From NCBI GenBank assembly GCA_964394715.1, contig CAYMYR010000003.1, positions 12,457-76,456 on the forward strand: DNA of 64,000 nucleotides. Reading direction: 5' to 3'. Below, piece after piece: positions 56,694 to 64,000 of the stretch; position 1 is the stretch's first letter; each line of letters opens with the position of its first letter. Source of the stretch: an uncultured Smithella sp. (lineage in GTDB: Bacteria > Desulfobacterota > Syntrophia > Syntrophales > Smithellaceae). The notes under the pieces were generated by a model. It made no database searches, was not told the DNA's origin, and worked only from the letters and a program-made list of their open reading frames with translations. The position numbers were made by a program, and so were the translations under genes.

Positions 56694-56942
56694 TTACCGC
56701 TTAATCAGGCGATACAGAATCAACAAAAGAAGAGCTCCTCCGATTGCCAGAAGCAGGCTTATCATGTTGAATCCGGTAACGGTTCCGACTCCGAGAAAGG
56801 ACCCGATATATCCCCCCAGGAAAGCACCGGCAATGCCGATCAGGATGGTAATGATAATACCTCCAGGGTCCTTGCCCGGCATGATTAATTTTGCAAGAAC
56901 GCCCACGATAAGTCCCATCGCGATCCATGATAAGATTCCCAT
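56694..56942 (-). CDS. GlsB/YeaQ/YmgE transglycosylase-associated membrane protein
   Basis: GILSWI..GLIVG.LAK.IMPG, GIAGAFLGG. Confidence 0.9.
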   Translation of the reverse strand: MGILSWIAMGLIVGVLAKLIMPGKDPGGIIITILIGIAGAFLGGYIGSFLGVGTVTGFNMISLLLAIGGALLLLILYRLIKR

Positions 56943-57060
56943 GACCAACCTCCCTTCAATTTTTTAAAAGGTTAATGTTACTTTGCCCTTGGTTCGTAAC
57001 GGCGCAGCATCATTTCTTTGGCAGAGCTTTTTCTATCACATCCTTAATGTCGCGGTCAAA

Positions 57061-57636
57061 TTAATCCATGCCCTGCACTCTATAACGCCTGCGGAATTCC
57101 ATTGGCCGTTCGTATTCCGGCAGCGACCATATTCCTCTTTTTGCTGATTTAGCTTCCCTGCGGGCATCAAGAAATGGTTTGCTGTAAGGATACCGAAGGT
57201 ATTCGAAATAACAGTCCGCGTATCCTTCTCTGATCATTTCCAGATTGATATTCCTGTCTTCCAGACGGATAATTCCAACCATGCGCCTGTATTGATCAAC
57301 CTCAATAATGTCCAGTTTTACCTTATTGCCGAAAACTTTATTTTTAAGAGCTTTGGCCGATTCTTTTGCTAGAGATTGTCCGGGGATATTCCATTGGCCT
57401 TTCCGGTGATCGGTCTTCGGTGTTTCGGGTGCATCAATACCATACAGCCTGACCTTAAGAATGGTTTGATTTGGTGTTGTTAATTGAATTGTGTCTCCGT
57501 CATACACCCGGGTGACGGTTCCTTTTACCGTACGAATTGTGTAGGAATGAACAGGCGCTCGGGTAAATGTTGCGAGGATAATGAAGGCCAGCAAGAAGAA
57601 AAAAAATTTTAAAAGATATCCTTGTGACCGCGTCAT
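57061..57636 (-). CDS. Thermonuclease (SNase-like) family protein
   Basis: V.DGDTI, VRLYGIDAPE, DQYRR, N..MIREG, KRGIW. Confidence 0.9.
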   Translation of the reverse strand: MTRSQGYLLKFFFFLLAFIILATFTRAPVHSYTIRTVKGTVTRVYDGDTIQLTTPNQTILKVRLYGIDAPETPKTDHRKGQWNIPGQSLAKESAKALKNKVFGNKVKLDIIEVDQYRRMVGIIRLEDRNINLEMIREGYADCYFEYLRYPYSKPFLDARREAKSAKRGIWSLPEYERPMEFRRRYRVQGMD

Positions 57637-57800
57637 GATGGCAATTCCCCCCGCTGTCTTGTGGTTGAGCATAAAGGGAATGGTTTTGATTGTCAAAACA
57701 ATTGTGCCATGTTTATGGAATGCACATCTGTTCTGTATTTCAGAACGGCCGCTGTAACAAGGAAGAAAGGATTGACGTACGACGTTTCAAAACCGCAATT

Positions 57801-58826
57801 TCAATAACGAACGTATCTGTAATAATCATAGACGTTATCAAGGCACTTTTCTATTTCCGAGGATTTGGCAATGCAAAAGACGATATGTTTTTCTTTGGGG
57901 ATGGCTTTTTCCAGATATTCAAAAACGGATAAATGGGGATCCGCGACCGCTACGGTCAATTTCCTAGCGCTGTTATTTAAAACGACAATCCGATTCTTCA
58001 ATGCATATTGTTCGCCTATGGCTTTTTGCAGGATGCGGGATACGGTGTAACCTCTTAAAGAAACAACAGGCATACTGAAGTGAGCAGACAGAGCATGGAC
58101 GTAGTCTTTCTCTGTGATCATCTTGCTTTTGGCCAGCAGGGTCCCCAGGTTTTTGTGAACGCCGAAATATTTTTGCTGCTTTTGCTGCTCGAGAATGTCA
58201 TTTAACTGCTCCCGGGTTATGATATCCAGCTCGATGAGAATTTCTCCCAGTTTTTTTCTTTTGTTGCTGTAGTAAAGGCCTTTCATGATTTTGGATTGGG
58301 AAAGGCCCATTTCACACAGTATTTGCCCAAGATATTTACCGGGCTCACGTTTTTTCATGTCCATCGCTGTTTTTAAATCAGATTCCGATATGATTCCTTT
58401 CGACACCAGAATCTGGCCGATTTTATTGGACGAGGATTCCGCTTCCTGAATTTTGGATTCGAGCTTCTTTGTAACAGCATGGAGACCGTTCAATGCTTTG
58501 CTGATGTTCATATAGGAATTGGCTTGGATGAGACCCATCTCACGAAGGATTTGAGCAGGTGTCTTGTCAGGCTGCTGTTTTTGCCTTTCCATGGCTTCGC
58601 TCAAATCTTCTATCGTAATATTTCTTTTCGCAATGACAGGCTTCCCGTCTTTTTCAGACGAGAACTCGGCCTGTTTCATCCGGGATTCGAGTTTTTTTGC
58701 TGCGTCGCTCAGGGTGTTTAACGCTTTATTGATTTGGACACTGGGCTTCTGAGAGGATGTAATGGGACTGGTACGTTCGGGTGATTTGTTGGATTCGCGT
58801 TTTTTTCTTTCCATGGTCTCGCTCAA
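57801..58826 (-). CDS. Stand-alone MshEN/T2SSE N-terminal-domain protein lacking the ATPase
   Basis: KIGQILVSKGII, LGQILCEMG, RKKLGEILIELDIITREQL..IL.QQ, LGTLL, T2SSE_N-like VAVADP. No Walker motifs. Confidence 0.72.
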   Translation of the reverse strand: MSETMERKKRESNKSPERTSPITSSQKPSVQINKALNTLSDAAKKLESRMKQAEFSSEKDGKPVIAKRNITIEDLSEAMERQKQQPDKTPAQILREMGLIQANSYMNISKALNGLHAVTKKLESKIQEAESSSNKIGQILVSKGIISESDLKTAMDMKKREPGKYLGQILCEMGLSQSKIMKGLYYSNKRKKLGEILIELDIITREQLNDILEQQKQQKYFGVHKNLGTLLAKSKMITEKDYVHALSAHFSMPVVSLRGYTVSRILQKAIGEQYALKNRIVVLNNSARKLTVAVADPHLSVFEYLEKAIPKEKHIVFCIAKSSEIEKCLDNVYDYYRYVRY

Positions 58827-59209
58827 ATTGTTTGTTGGGAATTTATCAGGGTTGGAATTTGAAATATAGGCTCCACACGCTTTTCTCCGCAGGATGTTTC
58901 ACAGTTACTTCTTTGACGAATCATGATTCCCGATCAGGTTATTATGAGACTTGCCGTGTTCAAAACCCGTTTGGGTGTTCATTGTTCAGCATTTAACCGA
59001 TGAACGGGATTAGAATTACAAAACTTCAAAACAGATCCTTCAGCCGTTAAAACTGCTTCGGAATAATAATACCCATTATTTTTCCTGTAGCGCAATATAA
59101 ATAAACCTTTTAAATAATGCAATGAAAATGCCGTGAATCTGCTGATTAAGTGAGAAACCACTGTGATTTTAAGCATTAAGCTATTTGAAACTGCCAGTTT
59201 TAAGGCAAG

Positions 59210-59230
59210 GATGCCGGTTCTGCCGGCATC
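59210..59230 (-). terminator. Hairpin downstream of the 59265-59771 gene
   Basis: GATGCCGG-TTCTG-CCGGCATC. Confidence 0.5.
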
Positions 59231-59264
59231 ATGAATGATGATTTTCCTGTAAGTGGTATAATTT

Positions 59265-59771
59265 TTATTTTCCGGATTTTCTCCTTAAAGTAATTCCATA
59301 ACTCCATTGGCACTCCATGCCATCGGGATGGAGATACCGCGAACTGGCTTCCCCGGTTGCCAGTTCATTCGTTAAAACGGTCAATCGAAAGGCGTTTGTC
59401 ACTTCTCCTCCCTCATCATCAACCCTGGCCTCATTGACAAAGACAAGTTCATTTCCCGACAACGTACCGTTGAAGGTGCACAGAGATGCAGGGTTGCACA
59501 CTCTGCCGGATTGAAAAACAAGAATGTAAGGACGAACCCCACCGCCCTTGCTGATCGTCAATGTGCCTGATGCCGGACCACCGGCAGGGCACATTCCCTG
59601 AACTGAGGGCATTGTTGCGCTATAATTCCAGGTCCCGCTGATCCTGATGAGTTTCGGGTTGATCGGCTTCACGAGAGGTACCAGGGGAATATCACTTTGA
59701 GAAAAAGCTGAAGAGCTGCTTAAAACAACTGCCAGCATGATGCTGAACACTGCCGCATTTATCTTTTTCAT
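59265..59771 (-). CDS. Hypothetical secreted protein
   Basis: Signal peptide, beta-rich Cys-containing domain, GGAGG RBS. Confidence 0.72.
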   Translation of the reverse strand: MKKINAAVFSIMLAVVLSSSSAFSQSDIPLVPLVKPINPKLIRISGTWNYSATMPSVQGMCPAGGPASGTLTISKGGGVRPYILVFQSGRVCNPASLCTFNGTLSGNELVFVNEARVDDEGGEVTNAFRLTVLTNELATGEASSRYLHPDGMECQWSYGITLRRKSGK

Positions 59772-59869
59772 GATTTCCTCCTTTTATGGAAATGACCATG
59801 TTTACGGATAAATTCAGCCGAAGCCTTGATGAACAGGACAAAGGGCCTGGCAGAAATACTTTCAGGCCC

Positions 59870-60634
59870 CTATTTCAGCTCAAACGCAAAGGTGCTCACA
59901 ACCCGAATTTTTTTCACAGAAGTGCTTGTCGGGCTGTACGGGGCAGATTCATCGTTGCCGTCGCTGCCGAATATCTGGATCATTCCCTGGTTTGCAGAAC
60001 AAATTCTTCCGACTGTGGCGCCGGAATCAGAGGCAAATTGTGAAGCGGTGAGGCGGGCGTTTTTTGTGGCTTCGGCAAGGAGCTGCGGGCGCAGGTCGTT
60101 AAATGTTGTGACAACATAGCGGGGGTTGGCCATGCCTTCCCCCTGCTGTCCATCCAGGAGTACGCCTGATTTGAGCAATTCTTCAGTGGCGCCCAGGGCT
60201 TTGGTCACGAGGTCGATATTTGTGGTCGTTACCTTTACGGAACTGGTTGCAACATATCGAAATCTGTCGCCTGCCTGGTTTTGACTGTATTCGCGGGCGA
60301 GTTTATCGATGGTCCGCGTCGGCTGCCGGCTGATTTCCTTGTCTTTAAACCCCTGCTTTTTAAGGAAGGCAACGGTGGTGTCCCGGTCAAATGTGATTTT
60401 GTTGTGAATGTCTATAATATCTTCGCCGGCTCTTCTGAAATTCAATGCCCAGATCGCCTGGTCCGCCTTGACCTCTTTTTCCACCAGGCCCTTGACTGTG
60501 ACCGTGCGGGTATCCGACTTGAAACGGGTGACACCTTTCCCGACAAAGTATCCCCCCAGAGTTAGTCCTGCAATCAGAGAAATTCCAAGGATGATGGCCG
60601 CCGGAACGAGATTTTGTTTTTCATTGGATGTCAT
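59870..60634 (-). CDS. SIMPL domain (DUF541) protein
   Basis: RTVTVKGLVEKEVKAD.A.W, EATKNAR..A.QFA.DSG, KKIRVVST. Confidence 0.88.
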   Translation of the reverse strand: MTSNEKQNLVPAAIILGISLIAGLTLGGYFVGKGVTRFKSDTRTVTVKGLVEKEVKADQAIWALNFRRAGEDIIDIHNKITFDRDTTVAFLKKQGFKDKEISRQPTRTIDKLAREYSQNQAGDRFRYVATSSVKVTTTNIDLVTKALGATEELLKSGVLLDGQQGEGMANPRYVVTTFNDLRPQLLAEATKNARLTASQFASDSGATVGRICSANQGMIQIFGSDGNDESAPYSPTSTSVKKIRVVSTFAFELK

Positions 60635-60917
60635 GACATTTCCCTCCCCGCTTTATGAATTGAACTCTCCAACGTTCTTACTCAAACGTCACTTTTATGA
60701 ATACGCGGACCCTCTGAAGCCCATCCTGTTACTCAAGGTTCCGTGGGGGTAAATACGATTATGCCTGATTTGCGTATAATCATAGCATCATTTGGGATAT
60801 TTGAAAGCAGAAATAATCATTCATGACAGACCCGATACCGTTTCGTAAGACGTGCGGTCTTCGAATGCGTCATTCTTTATTCATTGCGATGATATCGGTC
60901 AAAGTTTGGCAAATAGC

Positions 60918-63560
60918 TCACGAAGCCAGAAGCTTTTCCAGCGCCGGGAAAACCTGAGGCAGATTTTCCGGTTCGGTGCCTCCGGCCTGGGCCATGTCGG
61001 GACGGCCGCCGCCCTTGCCGCCGACGATCGGGGCCAGTTCTTTGATGATATTTCCCGCGTGATACTTTCCGGACAGATCCTTTGTGACCATGCACAGGAG
61101 CATTGCTTTGTCACCGGTTCTGCTGCCCAGAAGAATGATGCCCGAGGCCATTTTGTCGCGCAGTTTGTCGCCGAAGTCGCGCAGGGTTTTTGCGTCGGAA
61201 ATGTTCACTTCCTCGGCCAGCACTTTTACACCGGCGATGTCCCGCACACGGCCCATCAGGTCACCGGAATCTTTTGCGGCAAGTTTGCCTTTCAGACCCT
61301 CAATCTCCTTTTCCAATTCTCTCACGTTCTTAAGCAGTTTCTCGGCGCGGTCGTAAACTTCCAGGTGTCCGGCTTTGAACAGGCCCGCGGTCTGTTTTAA
61401 TTCTTCCTCCGCTTTTTGAATATGCAAAACGGCTTCCCGTCCGGTGACGGCTTCGATTCTGCGAACGCCTGCGGCAATGGCCGATTCATGTATGATTTTT
61501 ATAAGTCCGATGTCCCCGGTCCGCTCCACGTGCGTTCCGCCGCAAAGTTCCATGCTCATGTCTCCCATCTTGACAATGCGCACGGTCGCACCGTATTTTT
61601 CGTCAAACACCGCCGTGGCTCCAGTCTTGAGGGCGTCTTCCAGCGAGCAGACTTCCGTCTGAACCAACAGGTTTTTGCGGATCATGTCGTTGGCAATGGT
61701 TTCTATGCGTTGAATCTCTTCGTCGCTGATTTTGGAAAAGTGGGTAAAGTCAAAACGCAGATGTTCGGCGTTGACCAGCGATCCGGACTGCTTGACATGG
61801 TCCCCCAGCACGGCCTTGAGCGCTGCCTGAAGAATGTGCGTGCCGGAGTGATTGGCGGCAATGGCCCTGCGTCGTTCCAGATCGACTACCAGATTTGCGG
61901 TTGCTCCGATTTTGATTTCGCCGCTTTTCACGCTGCCTTTATGGACGATGAAGTTCTCAACCGGCTTTTTCGTATCCTCAACAATGAAATTGAAATCAGC
62001 TCCTTCCAGGTACCCTGTGTCGCCTGTTTGCCCGCCGGATTCGCCGTAAAAAGGCGTGGCATCAAGGACGATTTCGGCCTGTTGTCCTTCGCGTGCGATG
62101 TCCACAGGTTTTCCGTCCACAAGGATGGCGGTCACTTTTGCCTTGTCGCGGGTCAAACCTTCGTAGCCGCAGAACTCGCTCTGGATTCCTGAACTCGATA
62201 CTTTCAGGTAACATTCCGCCACTGCTTCTTCACCACTGCCTTTCCAGGCACCGCGCGCCCGTTCGCGCTGCAGCTCCATCTGGGCTTCAAATCCGTCCAT
62301 ATCAAGGGTCATACCGTCTTTTTTAACGATATCCGCCGTTAAATCGGTCGGGAATCCAAAAGTGTCATAAAGCTTGAAAATCAGCGAGCCCGGCAAAACC
62401 GATTTGCCCGCTTCTTTGAGCCCGGCCGTTTCTTCCTGCAAAACGCGCAGCCCCGCGTCCAGCGTCTCCATGAAACGCTGCTCTTCGTTGAGGATGACTT
62501 TGGTAATGTAGGATGCCTTGTCGGCCAGATCCGGGTAAGTGTATTTCATCATGTCGATGACGACCATCGCCGCCTCATTCAGAAACGGTTTGTTGATGCC
62601 GAGCATTTTTCCGTGGCGGGCGGCACGGCGCAGGATCCGGCGCAGCACATAACCGCGGCCTTCGTTCGACGGCATGATCCCGTCACCGATTAAGAAAGTG
62701 ACGGCGCGGCTGTGGTCCGAGATGACACGGATGGAGATGTCATGGTCCGCGTTTTTGCCGTAGATTTTTCCGGCTGTTTTTTCGACAAAACGGATGATCG
62801 GCGCGAACAGATCAGTATCATAGTTGCTTTTAACGCCCTGGATGACGGCGGTGAGGCGCTCCAATCCCATGCCGGTGTCGATGCTGGGTTTGGCCAGAGG
62901 AGTCAGTTTGCCGGTTTCGTCGCGGTCGTATTGTGTGAAAACGTTGTTCCAGATTTCCAGGTGGCGGTCGCAGTCGCAATAAATATCGCATTCGGGGCGG
63001 CCACAACCGGTTCCTTCACCCTGATCGTAGAGGATTTCGGAGCAGGGGCCGCAGGGGCCGGTTTCCCCCATCATCCAGAAATTGCTTTTTTCCCCCATGC
63101 GGATGATGCGTTCCGCGGGCACATTCATTTTTTCGTGCCAGATTTTATAAGCCTCGTCGTCGTTTTCGAAAATTGTCACCCATAGTTTATCCTTGGGCAG
63201 TTTGACCACGTCAATGAGATATTCCCATGCCCAGGAAATCGCTTCTTCCTTGAAATAGTCGCCGAAGGAAAAATTGCCCAGCATTTCGAAAAAGGTGTGA
63301 TGGCGTGCGGTAACTCCGACGTTTTCCAGATCATTGTGCTTGCCGCCGGCGCGTGCGCATTTCTGGCAGGATACGGCCCGCGTATAACCCCTGTTCTCGA
63401 GACCCAGAAATGCGTTTTTAAACTGTACCATTCCCGCGTTGGTGAAAAGGAGTGTGGGGTCATCCTTGGGAATCAGCGCGGAGCTTGGAACCCGTGTGTG
63501 TCCCTTGCCTTCAAAAAATTTAATAAAACTTTCCCGTATCGCGTCGCCTGTTTTAACCAT
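60918..63560 (-). CDS. alaS: Alanine--tRNA ligase
   Basis: DDPTLLFTNAGM, RHHTFFEMLGNFSFGDYFK, ELCGGTHV, GGGRPDMAQAGG. Confidence 0.99.
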   Translation of the reverse strand: MVKTGDAIRESFIKFFEGKGHTRVPSSALIPKDDPTLLFTNAGMVQFKNAFLGLENRGYTRAVSCQKCARAGGKHNDLENVGVTARHHTFFEMLGNFSFGDYFKEEAISWAWEYLIDVVKLPKDKLWVTIFENDDEAYKIWHEKMNVPAERIIRMGEKSNFWMMGETGPCGPCSEILYDQGEGTGCGRPECDIYCDCDRHLEIWNNVFTQYDRDETGKLTPLAKPSIDTGMGLERLTAVIQGVKSNYDTDLFAPIIRFVEKTAGKIYGKNADHDISIRVISDHSRAVTFLIGDGIMPSNEGRGYVLRRILRRAARHGKMLGINKPFLNEAAMVVIDMMKYTYPDLADKASYITKVILNEEQRFMETLDAGLRVLQEETAGLKEAGKSVLPGSLIFKLYDTFGFPTDLTADIVKKDGMTLDMDGFEAQMELQRERARGAWKGSGEEAVAECYLKVSSSGIQSEFCGYEGLTRDKAKVTAILVDGKPVDIAREGQQAEIVLDATPFYGESGGQTGDTGYLEGADFNFIVEDTKKPVENFIVHKGSVKSGEIKIGATANLVVDLERRRAIAANHSGTHILQAALKAVLGDHVKQSGSLVNAEHLRFDFTHFSKISDEEIQRIETIANDMIRKNLLVQTEVCSLEDALKTGATAVFDEKYGATVRIVKMGDMSMELCGGTHVERTGDIGLIKIIHESAIAAGVRRIEAVTGREAVLHIQKAEEELKQTAGLFKAGHLEVYDRAEKLLKNVRELEKEIEGLKGKLAAKDSGDLMGRVRDIAGVKVLAEEVNISDAKTLRDFGDKLRDKMASGIILLGSRTGDKAMLLCMVTKDLSGKYHAGNIIKELAPIVGGKGGGRPDMAQAGGTEPENLPQVFPALEKLLAS

Positions 63561-64000
63561 CCGTATCTTCCTCCGCTGACTTTCCCAGTTGATGTAAGAT
63601 CAAGCCCGGGGGGAATCCGCGCCCCATCAGGCTTTGGAATATTCTCTGTTTTTCTTTGACGTTCATTAACACCGTGCTCTTCCTTGCCGTCCGTTTTTTA
63701 ATCAAAATGGCAATGGCGTTTTCTTCGGTCATGTCCTGCCTAGCCGAAGCGACGGCATCGTTGATCAAACGGGCAGGTACGCCTTTTTCCTGCAGGCTGG
63801 CGATGATTTTTCGATTGCCCCACAGTTTGTTTGTCGCGAGGTTCCGCGCCCACTGCATGGCAAAAGACGCGTCATTGAGATACTTCAAATCGAGGAGTTT
63901 TTCCAGCGCTTCTTTTACGACAGCTGCGGGAAATCCCTTCTCCCGCAGCTTTTTTTCCAGTTCTTTTTCCGAATGAGGCCGCATCGATAAAAGACGATAC
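63553..64000 (-). CDS. recX: Regulatory protein RecX (5' end beyond the window edge)
   Basis: YRLLSMRPHSEKEL..KL, YLNDASFA, G.RKI...L..KG, L..RGF. Upstream of alaS as in the usual recA-recX-alaS order. Confidence 0.9.
   Translation of the reverse strand, partial: YRLLSMRPHSEKELEKKLREKGFPAAVVKEALEKLLDLKYLNDASFAMQWARNLATNKLWGNRKIIASLQEKGVPARLINDAVASARQDMTEENAIAILIKKRTARKSTVLMNVKEKQRIFQSLMGRGFPPGLILHQLGKSAEEDTDG

Noticed and set aside
60690-60760. Leader of the SIMPL gene shares CTGTTACTCAA with the 54.2 kb hairpin and can form a modest stem
   Set aside because: An 11-nt match is at chance level and I could not build a convincing shared fold.

Overview
64 kb of a bacterial chromosome, probably from an anaerobic Desulfobacterota/Syntrophales-like organism (inferred from gene content only). 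Most of it is housekeeping and metabolic: a HAAT/Liv ABC transporter with acyl-CoA ligase, acyl-CoA dehydrogenase and ETF, a four-subunit 2-oxoacid:ferredoxin oxidoreductase, nth, secG with tRNA-Leu(GAG), rnd, mdh, PBP1A, alaS and recX. Four regions stand out. (1) 1-5200 is an AT-rich accessory locus. A truncated type IIG-like restriction-modification gene is followed by two cargo modules, and each module ends in a copy of the same ~145-160 bp unit (RM-gene 3' tail plus a GTAG-type REP pair). Cargo 1 is a dCTPase plus a nuclease-helicase-S24 fusion. Cargo 2 is an L,D-transpeptidase, a Tlde1/DUF2778-like protein and a small membrane protein. (2) 28.8-37.4 kb is a cobamide uptake and remodelling operon (btuCD, B12 riboswitch, btuB, btuF, cobT, cobS, cbiR, cobU), and both ends of btuF overlap palindromic repeat elements. 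(3) 44.5-53.8 kb is a cyanophycin synthetase pair with an ABC exporter, DUF1854, a lipoprotein and a CapA-family protein, with no cyanophycinase. (4) 53.9-54.3 kb is a non-coding stretch with two strongly structured candidate RNAs. Family calls come from motif recognition by eye; no searches were run.
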